The translations under genes and the position numbers were made by a program. The notes beneath the pieces were generated by a model. The model ran no database searches, was not told the DNA's origin, and saw nothing but the letters and a program-made list of their open reading frames with translations. Source: Pocillopora damicornis (Eukaryota). From it: a stretch of DNA of 59,462 nt. Location: positions 1 through 59,462 of the forward strand of contig NW_020846322.1 in NCBI RefSeq assembly GCF_003704095.1, written 5' to 3'. Every line of letters starts with the position of its first letter. The first letter of the stretch is position 1. This document shows, in pieces, positions 28,869 to 40,800 of this stretch.

Positions 28869-28958
28869 GCCAAAAAACCCGCAGCGAAGAAGCCCGCAGC
28901 TAAAAAGCCCGTCAAGAAAGCAGCGAAGAAATCACCGAAGAAGGCGGCCAAGAAATAA
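28869..28958 (+). CDS. H1: Histone H1, 3' fragment after gap
   Basis: [29 protein letters not shown]; stem-loop at 28989-29004. Confidence 0.93.
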   Translation, partial: AKKPAAKKPAAKKPVKKAAKKSPKKAAKK

Positions 28959-29907
28959 GGAGGATATCAACGCTTCATACCATCAAACGGCTCCTTTAGG
29001 AGCCACCACATAAAAGGAAAAGTTATGACCAACTGAGTAATAAAACCGTCTTAGATGTTCCAGTACAACTCTCCGATAATTAAGGTTATGGCCCTCACTC
29101 CAGTTTTACCCATTAATGGTCGCTTAATCGTCATTCAGAATTAGGTTAAATGAGAAATTGGCTGCTATAAGAGCGCACAACGCGTCAATTTTCGAATAGG
29201 CACGTAAATTTTTTGTTTTTGTAATTCTAACAATTTTGCTACAGACACGCCATGACAGATACACAAGTTACATAGCGATGTTAATAATCTCGTCACGCAT
29301 CACGTTCTCCCTGCCTACAGACAAAGATAAAAAAGAGCCAAACAACCTTCAGAGGTAAAAGGGGTGAGGTAAATGTCTGACTCTACTTCTCAGGTTAAGT
29401 CAGGCCGCCTGTTTCTCGTAGCTCATTCAATCATTTACTTGCATATATTTGTGTTAAAATCCAGCCGCGTTGAGTAGGTAAGTCGCTAAGGAAAGCGCTG
29501 AACTCCGGAGATCCATTGTACATTGATCTTGTTTCTGGAATAAACCAGCGTTTGGTCAGACAGTAAGTGATCGAGTAGTTACTCTTGTCAATTTAAAGAA
29601 AAAATTTAAAAAACACTGACTCTTCAAAGCATTCATGTTCAGTGTGACATTTCGTAAGATGAATCATGAACAATAATCTTCCCTTCCTTTCCCAGTCCAT
29701 CTATGACTCATGTTTGCTGTGCTTCCTCATTTGAAATATTTTGTTTCGTTTCGTCAAGAATACAGTTTGTGCGGTCCGTTTAAAAACCGAACTGACGAAC
29801 AAAGCAGACTTAAACTTGATCGGAACTATCATGGTTGATACTAGGGGAAACATTATCATTTTTTAAAGCTCGTATTGCGTTAATAATTGACTTTCATAAT
29901 ATTTGGT

Positions 29908-29923
29908 GGCTCCTAAAAGAGCC
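29908..29923 (-). pseudogene. Orphan H2B stem-loop; H2B and H2A are deleted from this repeat unit
   Basis: H2B-type 3' flank and stem-loop are joined directly, with no gap, to H2A-H4 spacer sequence homologous to ~17590-17900. Confidence 0.75.
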
Positions 29924-30251
29924 GTTGGTTTTGAACGACGAAACAAAAATCAGATAGGAAAAAAATGTATTAAACAGGCGTGCTTGGAAAATACAGCTTG
30001 ACGATGTGTAGCTTGGAAGGAAACCATGATCATTTTAAATATTACAATGGCAAAACAAGGCTTGAGAGAGAACAGTGAAAGCGAGTCAGGGCTGCCATGC
30101 GATAGAATGATTGGGCGACTTTATTCATCATTCCATTGCATGGGATGTGCTGTTCTTCGCGCTTCAATACTTTATAGTGATGCGCGATTTGTTTAACAGA
30201 ACGAGTGAAGGATATACAATTTTAATTCACGCATAAAGGGAAACAAATTTA

Positions 30252-30342
30252 TTGGTCACGACTTTTCTTATCGGGTGGCTCCTAAAAGAGCGGTTTGTAT
30301 TGTGTCAGGGCGGTCTGTCTAACCGCCAAATCCGTACAGAGT
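30252..30342 (-). pseudogene. Duplicated H4 3' tail with near-intact stem-loop and downstream element
   Basis: Reverse complement ACTCTGTACGGATTTGGCGGTTAGACAGACC...CGCTCTTTTAGGAGCC...AAAAGTCGTGACCAA. Confidence 0.78.
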
Positions 30343-31338
30343 TTACGCGCACCAAGATCTTAGAAATAACGACGCCGGAATTTTTACTTGACGCAAATGT
30401 GCGTGAGTTGCGCGCCAAAATCGTTTATCGTTGAATCTTTTATTACGACATTACTGGCAGTTATAAGAAATTGCTTCTAATTGCAGTTTGAAAGTTAGCT
30501 GGCTTGACTTTAATTGTATGGTCAATTTATACTCACGCGATTCATGAAACAAATTTCGGGAAGAAAGTGATACAATACTAACAAGCAACCAGCGAAGTAT
30601 GCAACTGGATCGTGTATAGCTTTATGGAAAATCATTATGGTTGTATAAATATTCATCTGTAGAAACAAGGTTAGAGGAAGGGAAGGAAGAGGGAAAAGAG
30701 AAAGCGGGCAAGTAATGCCGATGGGATTTCATCCGTTCTTCGTTTGCGCGCAATGTTCTCTTTCCAAGCTACTGCCCCATATCGTGACGCGCACGGATGG
30801 TGCAATCGTTNNNNNNNNNNNNNNNNNNNNNNNNNNNNNNNNNNNNNNNNNNNNNNNNNNNNNNNNNNNNNNNNNNNNNNNNNNNNNNNNNNNNNNNNNN
30901 NNNNNNNNNNNNNNNNNNNNNNNNNNNNNNNNNNNNNNNNNNNNNNNNNNNNNNNNNNNNNNNNNNNNNNNNNNNNNNNNNNNNNNNNNNNNNNNNNNNN
31001 NNNNNNNNNNNNNNNNNNNNNNNNNNNNNNNNNNNNNNNNNNNNNNNNNNNNNNNNNNNNNNNNNNNNNNNNNNNNNNNNNNNNNNNNNNNNNNNNNNNN
31101 NNNNNNNNNNNNNNNNNNNNNNNNNNNNNNNNNNNNNNNNNNNNNNNNNNNNNNNNNNNNNNNNNNNNNNNNNNNNNNNNNNNNNNNNNNNNNNNNNNNN
31201 NNNNNNNNNNNNNNNNNNNNNNNNNNNNNNNNNNNNNNNNNNNNNNNNNNNNNNNNNNNNNNNNNNNNNNNNNNNNNNNNNNNNNNNNNNNNNNNNNNNN
31301 NNNNNNNNNNNNNNNNNNNNNNNNNNNNNNNNNNNNNN

Positions 31339-31402
31339 TCTTTCGATGACGCTTGGCGCCTCCTTTTCCGAGACCTTTACCTCCTTTGCCACGACCTGAC
31401 AT
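31339..31402 (-). CDS. H4: Histone H4, 5' fragment (remainder in gap 30811-31338)
   Basis: [21 protein letters not shown], preceded by H4 promoter sequence (TATAAAA, CCAAT). Confidence 0.92.
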
Positions 31403-32020
31403 GTTGATTAATAATCGTGTGTTTGAGTTATGGCGATTGAACGAACGTTACTAGATTTTATACAGAAAGATAAGACCTCTCAGAAAACAGAATGGAAATA
31501 AGGGTTGCTATTGGTTGATTTAAATNNNNNNNNNNNNNNNNNNNNNNNNNNNNNNNNNNNNNNNNNNNNNNNNNNNNNNNNNNNNNNNNNNNNNNNNNNN
31601 NNNNNNNNNNNNNNNNNNNNNNNNNNNNNNNNNNNNNNNNNNNNNNNNNNNNNNNNNNNNNNNNNNNNNNNNNNNNNNNNNNNNNNNNNNNNNNNNNNNN
31701 NNNNNNNNNNNNNNNNNNNNNNNNNNNNNNNNNNNNNNNNNNNNNNNNNNNNNNNNNNNNNNNNNNNNNNNNNNNNNNNNNNNNNNNNNNNNNNNNNNNN
31801 NNNNNNNNNNNNNNNNNNNNNNNNNNNNNNNNNNNNNNNNNNNNNNNNNNNNNNNNNNNNNNNNNNNNNNNNNNNNNNNNNNNNNNNNNNNNNNNNNNNN
31901 NNNNNNNNNNNNNNNNNNNNNNNNNNNNNNNNNNNNNNNNNNNNNNNNNNNNNNNNNNNNNNNNNNNNNNNNNNNNNNNNNNNNNNNNNNNNNNNNNNNN
32001 NNNNNNNNNNNNNNNNNNNN

Positions 32021-32249
<229 letters not shown>

Positions 32250-34130
32250 GTGCACTTCGCTTCAAATCACAAACGGCTCCTTTAGGAGCCACCACATGAA
32301 TAAAAGCAATGACCAAACTATGAGTCCCTCAACAACCAACTTAACAGCCTTAAGCTGGAAATATTAAAATTAGAAATTATACCATCTGAAATTGTCCTAC
32401 TCTCTGAGTGGCAATGACCAATTTTATGAGCTTCTACTGACCAAATATTCCGAAGTAAACATCATTAGCAACTCAAAATATATTAACGCGTTTACCAGGT
32501 GCGTGTCTTTAATTTCTCGCGTATATAGGAAACTTGTTGCAGCGTTTAGCAAGAATACTACATCGGCAATTGGTTTTGATGTTTTGCTTTGTGAAAAATC
32601 TATTGTAATCATATTTTAAGAATACTGTCAAACTTGACTCCGTTCTTGCCCAAAGGTCGAGAGCACGCGACCAATTCATGCAAAAGCTGGTTTGGCTGAA
32701 CTGTAACAAGGCAAATCCACAAAACTATGCACATACTCCTTGTTCAATCGCTGTTCATTTTCAAAACATTTGCTATAAAAGCAAGACCCACTCATCCTTA
32801 ACATGTTTTATTCTTCACTTGGCCCTTTGATTTTGGCGCTAGTATTGTGCAAATCATCAGTGCTTATTTGAACGTTTCGCCATATTTCAGATCGGTTTCT
32901 TAATTAGAAACTTTACTCAGATGCTTTATGGAATATTAGTTACAATAGACTACTTTTCTTCGTTGGAGACATTTAGCACAGGTCTTATCAAGGTCACGTA
33001 TGAAATGGCGGACGTTGTAGTCTCGTACTTTGTGTTCAAACTTCGAGACCGCTCTGCCTTTGAATATGCAACAAAAAGCTCATTTGCTGCATATGCATTT
33101 AAAATTGAAGACTTCATCCCTACTGTAATTTTATGATATATAAAAACTTGAAGCCTCTTTCCTAAGGTGGGTAGTTAGACGAGAAACCCGGGTCTTCTTA
33201 TTCCTTTGCGTCGTCAAATAAAACTCTCAATATTGATCAACAATTGAATTAACTGTTCACATCCAGTCTATAATAGCGCTTTTTTCTGAACTTCATACAT
33301 CACACGTTTAGTAAACCTATTGCAACGTTTAGCAAGAATATTACATCGGCAACTGGTTGATTTTTTTCGCAGGTGTAAATAAACTACTGTAATCATTATT
33401 GAGAATACTGTCAAACTTGATCTTGCCCGGGAGTCGAGAGCGCGCGACCAATTCATGCAAAAACTTGTTTGGCTGATCCGTAACGGGGTAATCCAGAAAA
33501 CTAAGCTCAGAACTTTGTTCAATCGATGTTAATTTTCAAAAAAATTTTCCATAAAAGTAAGCCCCAGCTTCAAGTGATTTACTTCAATCGAGACATTTTG
33601 CATTGTACCTCTTATCAAGGTCAGTCACATATAAAATGGCGGATGTTGTAGTTTTGTTCTTCTTGTTTGAGTTTAGAGGCCGCTCTGCCTTCGAATATGC
33701 ATCAAAATGTTCATTTTTTTTAACAATTGCATGGTTTAAGACTTCTTCTTTCATATGACATTAAATTTACTAATGAAAGGTGACTGAAACAAAACTTCTT
33801 TCATCATTCATTCAAAGTTCTCGTTGAAATCTCTATGCTTTCTAGACTTTTGCCCGTGAAGTTACCTTCTTAATTTTAGTAAATCAAACTTTACTTCACA
33901 CCTACATTTTATGAGATAACTTAGCTATGCTCTATTTGACTAGAAAATATCTGATGTTATTGAATTAGCTCGTTGTGGACCAAAATGTCAAACAAACTAA
34001 CACAGTTTGGACGCCGCCATTTTTCAACAACCCTGTTTCCTCGGTGGTCCGTACACGAACAATAACATTGCCTAGCGCGCTCTAGGCAATCATTGTTACT
34101 CCTAGTTCCGAAAGTTCTACAGCAAACAGA

Positions 34131-34284
34131 ATGTCCGAGGCAAAGTCCCCCGCTAAAAAGAAGCCAGCTGCGCCCAAAAAGCCAGCTGAGCATCCACCTT
34201 ATGCAGACATGATCAAAGCTGCTATCTTAGCGTTGAAAGAGCGAAGCGGCTCTTCCCGCCAAGCCATCGAGAAGTACATCAAGG
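34131..34284 (+). CDS. H1: Histone H1 (MSEAKSPA variant), 3'-truncated by gap
   Basis: [51 protein letters not shown]. Confidence 0.95.
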
Positions 34285-34396
34285 NNNNNNNNNNNNNNNN
34301 NNNNNNNNNNNNNNNNNNNNNNNNNNNNNNNNNNNNNNNNNNNNNNNNNNNNNNNNNNNNNNNNNNNNNNNNNNNNNNNNNNNNTTGATATCCTCC

Positions 34397-34957
34397 TTAT
34401 TTCTTGGCCGCCTTCTTTGGTGATTTCTTCGCTGCTTTCTTGACGGGCTTTTTAGCTGCAGGCTTCTTCGCTGCGGGTTTTTTGGCCGCGGGTTTCTTTG
34501 CTGCTGGTTTTTTAGCAGCGGGTTTTTTCGCTGCTGGCTTCTTAGCGGCGGATTTCTTTGCTGCTGGCTTTTTGGCCGCTGGTTTCTTTGCTTTCTTCTT
34601 GGCGGCGGGCTTCTTTGGTTTGGCAGCAGGCTTCTTCTTTGCAGCTGGCTTCTTCTTCGGCTTCTTCTCCTTCTTTTCCTCCTTGGCCACCTTGAAGGAA
34701 CCAGAAGCACCAACTCCCTTGGTGTGGACAAGCTTGCCACTAGTAACACCCCTCTTCAAAGCCATCTTCAAGTGCGAGCCGACCTCACCAACCTTGTAGT
34801 TGGCCTTGATGTACTTCTCGATAGCTTGGCGGGAAGAGCCACTTCGCTCTTTCAACGCTAAGATAGCAGCTTTAATCATGTCGGCATAAGGTGGATGCTC
34901 AGCTGGCTTTTTGGGCGCAGCTGGCTTCTTTTTAGCGGGGGACTTTGCCTCGGACAT
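34397..34957 (-). CDS. H1: Histone H1 (MSEAKSPA variant, 186 aa)
   Basis: Complete H1 from the ATG at 34957; the ORF-track start at 35083 is a non-ATG over-extension. Confidence 0.97.
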   Translation of the reverse strand: MSEAKSPAKKKPAAPKKPAEHPPYADMIKAAILALKERSGSSRQAIEKYIKANYKVGEVGSHLKMALKRGVTSGKLVHTKGVGASGSFKVAKEEKKEKKPKKKPAAKKKPAAKPKKPAAKKKAKKPAAKKPAAKKSAAKKPAAKKPAAKKPAAKKPAAKKPAAKKPAAKKPVKKAAKKSPKKAAKK

Positions 34958-36774
34958 GTTGTTTGCTGTAGAACTTTCGGAACTAGGAGCAATAATGATT
35001 GCTAAGAGCGCGCGCAAGGTAATATTATTCTTCGTGTACGGACCACCGAGGAAACAGAGTTGTCGCAAAATGGCGGCGCCCAAACTGTGTTAGTTTGTTT
35101 GACATTTCGGTTCATAACGAGCTAATTAAATAACATCAGATATTTTCTAGCCATAAAGAGCATAGCTAAGTTATCTCATAAAATGAAGGTGTAATGAAAA
35201 GTTTGATTTACTAAAATAAAGAATGAATTTTTAGGGTCAAAAGTGCAGAAAGCATGAAGGTTCAAACGAAAACTTTGAATGAATGATGAAAGGAGTTTTG
35301 TTTGAGTCACTTTTCAATAGTATATTAAATATCATATGAAAGAAGAAGTCCCTAACTTTGTAATTGTTTGAGAAAATGAACATTTTGATGCATATTCGAA
35401 GGCAGAACGGCCTCTAAACTCAAACAAGAAGAACAAAACTACAACATCCGCCATTTGTGATATGTGACTCACCTGGACGAATGGTATAATGTTAAATGTC
35501 CCGACTGAAGAAAATGACTCGAAAATAGGTCTTACTTTTGTAGGAAACTTTTTAAAAATTAACAGCGATTGAGCAAGTTTCTGTGCATAGTTTTTTTGGA
35601 TTTGCTTCGTTACGGATCAGCCAAACCAGTTTTTGCGTGAATTGGTCGCGCGCTCTCGATCATAGGGCAAGATCGGAGTCAACTTTGAGAGTATTCTTAA
35701 AATATGATTTCAATGGATTATTCACAAAGCAAAACATCAAAACCAGTTGGCGATGTAATATTCTTACTTAACCTGCAGTAGGTTTTTTATACGTGAGATA
35801 TGTGAAGTTCAGAAGTAAGAGCAGTAATAGACTAGATGTAAACAGTCCAGTCAATTGTCGATCGATTGAGAGTTTATGACGCAAAGAAATACGAAGGCGC
35901 GGGCTTATTGTCTAACTAACTTAAAGTTTTTATAAATCATAAAATTACGTTAGGAATGTAGCCTAGATTTTTATAGCATTTGGAGCAATGGGCTTTTCGT
36001 TGCATATTCAAAGGCATGGCAGTCTCGAAATTTGAACACGAAGAACAAAACAACAGCGTCCGCCATTTCATAGTTGACCTCGATAAGACCTGTGCTAAAT
36101 TTCTCTAGTAAGAAAATGTAGTTTATATTGTAAACTTATATTTTATGAGACATCTGAGTTAAGTTTTTAATTAAGAAACCGATTGGAAAAATGGCGAAAC
36201 ATTTCAGTTAGCCCCGATGATTTGCATAATACTAACGCCAAAATCAAAGGGCGAAGCTCATTTAATCACCACTTGCATATATTTGCATTAAAATCTAGCG
36301 CGTCGAGTAGGTAGGCTGCTAAGAAAAGCTTTGAACTCCGGAGATCTACTGTATATGGATCACGTTTCTGGAATAAATCAGCGTTTGGGCAGACAATATG
36401 TGATCGAGCAGTTACCGTTGGTAAATTGAAAAGAAAAAAAAAACACTGGCTCATTAAAGCGTTTATGTTCAGTGTGACATTTTTTTAAAATAAATCATGA
36501 CTACGAGGAGTGATAAAAAGTTAGTACGCTTTGGTTATATAGGGAGCGAAATAACCATTGTTTTCATATACTGTGCAGGGTGTTAAATCAGAAAATGTCT
36601 ATAAATGAACTTGCCGCAAAAGTCGCGCCCTTAGTAAACGTGTTAACATATTTTGAGTTGCTAATGATATTTACTCCAGAGAATTTGGTTAGTAGAAGCT
36701 CATACAATTGGTCATTGCTTTTATTCATGTGGTGGCTCCTAAAAGAGCCGTTTTTGATTTGAAGCGAAGTGCAC

Positions 36775-36808
36775 TTATGCTCGTTCTCCGCGGATTCGGC
36801 GGGCCAAC
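36775..36808 (-). CDS. H3: Histone H3, 3' fragment next to gap
   Basis: [10 protein letters not shown]; stem-loop at 36734-36749. Confidence 0.9.
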
Positions 36809-36908
36809 NNNNNNNNNNNNNNNNNNNNNNNNNNNNNNNNNNNNNNNNNNNNNNNNNNNNNNNNNNNNNNNNNNNNNNNNNNNNNNNNNNNNNNNNNNNN
36901 NNNNNNNN

Positions 36909-37126
36909 CAATGACTTAGCGGGTACATTTACGTCGGTATAGAGGGAAACCCTAAGACAGCCAGCAACGCAATGACATAGCGGCTATATTTGCGTCGGTA
37001 TATAGGGAAATCTATTCTAAGATAGCCACTAATCAATGGAAAGAATTAATGGTTATCTTTGCGTCGGTATTAAGGGGAAATACTAAGATAGCCACCAACG
37101 TACTAACTCAACGGCTACCTTTGTGT
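36909..37126 (+). repeat. Degenerate ~62-72 bp minisatellite, ~3.5 copies, at the right edge of the histone cluster
   Basis: TTT(A/G)CGTCGGTAT...GGGAAA...CTAAGA(C/T)AGCCA recurs near 36928, 36988 and 37058. Confidence 0.75.
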
Positions 37127-37829
37127 TTTAGACCTACAAAACAACGAGATTTGCGATTATCATAATTCCCCTGACACATTAGTTGTTGAATAGTTACCCT
37201 GCATCGGTCTATCGTTTACAATTTGCAGACGCACCATAACAAATACACCATGGACATAGCAGGGTGCACACTAAACCGCTGACAAACTTGGTCTGATCAA
37301 TGGCCCTCAATGAGGCAGCGTTACACCGCCTGCAATGCCAATTATAGGTTTTACAAAACTTGCGATTAAATGAGCCACAACAGGTCAAGGGATCGTTTAA
37401 AATAAGCATATCACTTCGATAATAAGGAGGAATACAACAAAGATAGTCAGTTTTAAACACACTTTCTTTCGAATGGTAAAGTCCACTTCCTTCCAACAAA
37501 TGACTAATAAATACTTTTAGGGAAAACTGTACAACGACTTAAAAACGTCCAGACATTATGCAGCACTCTTCCTTTTTAGTGTCCCAGCACCAAAACCTTC
37601 TGGCGAAAGTCCTGAAAGTCTTGATTGGACTTTTTCTTAGATCTGATTGGTCGAGAGAGTGGCGCGGATTTTCCTAACCAACCATGGAGCGTAGGAAAGA
37701 AAACCCACGACAAACCCTGATCACTCGGTCGAAAAATGCTCCATAACACAGTACAAATAACTCGAAGTGCATCCAACATATTTACAACCGCCTTTTGATT
37801 ATGGCTTTGAAGTATATTACTACACAGTT

Positions 37830-40800
37830 CTAGCGTCTTGAATGCGCAGCGGGAGCAGTATTTCCTAACAATGTTCGCAAACGAACAATTTCTTCTTGGT
37901 ATCTGCAATATAAAGAGAGAAGGATGAGAAGCCTAAATGAAGCAAATATATAGCTTCGTCCCCACTTCAATCCTGTCCCCCGCTTCCCTCCCGTTCCCCC
38001 CCCCCCCACCCCCACACACAAACACACACACACACAGGAGGGTGATGTCTTTGCTTCATCAGTACAATCAGTTTGTTTCATCAGCACCTTCTAATCAAAG
38101 GAGGGAAAAATATTCTTAGGCCAATAATCAAGGCAAGGTTATTCTCAATAGATGATCAGTTGTACCTTTTAAGATTTGTATCTATGTAGTGCTGAAGGCG
38201 CGCAAGTTGTTCTTCCGCCATAATACAACGTGTCATCAGTGAAGCGCGCTCACTTTCCAGGTCTTGCTAAAGGGTAAAAAAACCAACGATGTAAAGTATA
38301 TTTAATACGCTTCAAGATTGACCCGAAAGATTTCAGCAGTTAGGCCACAATATTTGTCGCCCTTTTTTTCAGTCCACCAGAAACCATGAAATGATTGTTT
38401 AGTAAGAGAGTAAAACAGCAAAAATAAACAACAAAGGAACGAAGATGGGTAAGGATAAAAAAGATTGACTGGGATTGACAAGCTAGTTTTTCGAAACCAG
38501 CAGAAGTCATCGTTATTTCGCTACCTGGGTATTCAGTGTGAATTCGCGGAGTTGCTTTCGGAGGTAGCCCCAACCCATCTCCACTGTTGCCTGACCTGCT
38601 GGTAACAACCTGGCAAAGAAAATACTCCTTTAAGAAACCTAATAATGTACATGAAAAAAATGCGCGCTTCTGATTGGCTAAAACCGAGTGTATTCTCATG
38701 TAACACAAGAGCAAAGTTGTAACACGAGTGCAAAGTTACAAATAGCACGCACACACTATCAAAATTTACTGTGATGTTTTTTCATGTACTTTACTAACAA
38801 ATAATAACATGATTTCTCTTGTAGTTTGGCGTTAAGAAGCACTCGTAAATTTTCAAAGACTACAAATTGCACTTGCCCTGCGGGCTCAAACAATTTTGTT
38901 CTCTTTGAAAAATTTTCTCGTGCTTTTTAACACCAAATTTCACCCAAAACATGTTATTACCTATACTTTATTGGATTAGACTTATCAGAAATCCTGGAAG
39001 GAGCACATTAAACTCACAGTTGATCCGGTTGCTGGTCATCCGCTGTAAAACGCGAGGTGTTGGAGGCCAACTGGAACAAAGTGAAGAATATAAAAAATCG
39101 TAATAAAATGCTTAGTTGTTACAAGCCTGATTTCAGCGCTACCTGAACAGTGTACGCTTCATGCTTGTAACTGAACGGAGCAATTGGACATTACGCGTCT
39201 TGCTTGTAATTCAACAGTGTACTTGGACAGTACGCGTCATGTGCAAGCGTACTTCTTGTGGCGCAATTCGCCGAGTTAACTTTTATTATTCTATGAAGAC
39301 GTATAAACCGATGAATAGTTTGTTTCTCTAATTGTGTAATAGCTTTGATTAATTGTTAACACGACTTCGTGTAGTCCTATATTCGTTAATCACTCGCATT
39401 ACTAAAGGCCGAACTGGACTTCACCCGGTCCTATGACCATTACCAACTGTAATGGCCTTCTTGGAATGGCCTTGTTTCTGTCACAGTCGATAGGGTTTAC
39501 ACCGACAGCTTTAATTATTGCCTTACGAATATACGAAGAATTGGTAAAAAATTCATAATGTGAGCCATTCAGAGATTTGAAAAAAAAAGGACAAAAAAAA
39601 TTCTATGTCAATGGTACCTTTTGTCTTAGTTCATCATTATTTCGTTTTAATTCTTTGAGATCCGCCGTCAGTTTCGCAATTTCACGACTCTATTAAAAAA
39701 AGAAAACAAAATACGGAGTTATTGACGGGGAAGAATACGCCTGCTCTCAGTTGTTTCACAAAAACATTGCTGACAACAAGAAACTAACCTGGGCAGTCTG
39801 CAGTTCAGTCTCTGAAGGCAAGTACAAACTAGCTTGGTTAGTCTGTGGCACTGACTTTGCTTCTTTACTTTCAATGTCGTACCGTAACATCCTAAAATAA
39901 TAACAAAAAATATTTAAATCATGAACGAAGATTATTGGAAAGGGGGGAATTGTACCCGTTTTTTTTAAGGGGGAGGAGAGAGAGGAGCATTTATTGTAAT
40001 TGTGCGCACCTGTAAGCTGAAGAAAGATTATCGTGCTTTTGTACCAAGTCTCTTATGGTAGCTTTCAATTCTCGCAGTCTGCTCTCCAAGGCTTCTTCTT
40101 TTTTCTCGTGTGATTCTCTGATTTGTCTCACCATCATATCAATGTACCCCTGAAATGACTCCACTGAAATCTGCCTCTCGTTAACCTTTCCACAGAACTC
40201 CTGTGGGTAACGAAAAGGAATGTTATAATCGAGACGTTGTTTGAGCCCATAGGCTGTTCATCGGCATGTTTCTGATCCTTAATCCTCAGGGTTATAAAAT
40301 AATTAGAAAATAATAATATGTCCTGTTGTCTAAGAACCGACCAGGAATGATGCAACTTTCCCTGCAAAAAAGAGTTTACGAGAGGTTTCTTGAAGATTTG
40401 AAGTTGAAACGGGTGCGGCGGTTACCACTCTCGTCAACTATCGTCAATATTCGTTCTCTCTCAGCAATTTTCGTCAATTCTTACTCTCGCGATATGACTC
40501 TCATTATGTTGGTTTGGAGAAATTGGTATCGGATCGTTTAGTAATCCCATAATGGATATTTTTCTTTATTCTCGTCACTTTTCTACATGATATTGTATAG
40601 ATACGGATATAGTGGAACCTAATCATGGGGCTTCCTGAAGACCACTTAAAATGTCCTCCGTGTAAATGTTCCATCAATAAAGGTAACTGATACAAATTTC
40701 GTGTCCTTTGGATGACGGTGTCCCCTAAATACAACGAGAATTTAAAAAGTTCTAATAAATATTTCTCACCGCAATATCATGAATATACTGCTGGAGTCTG

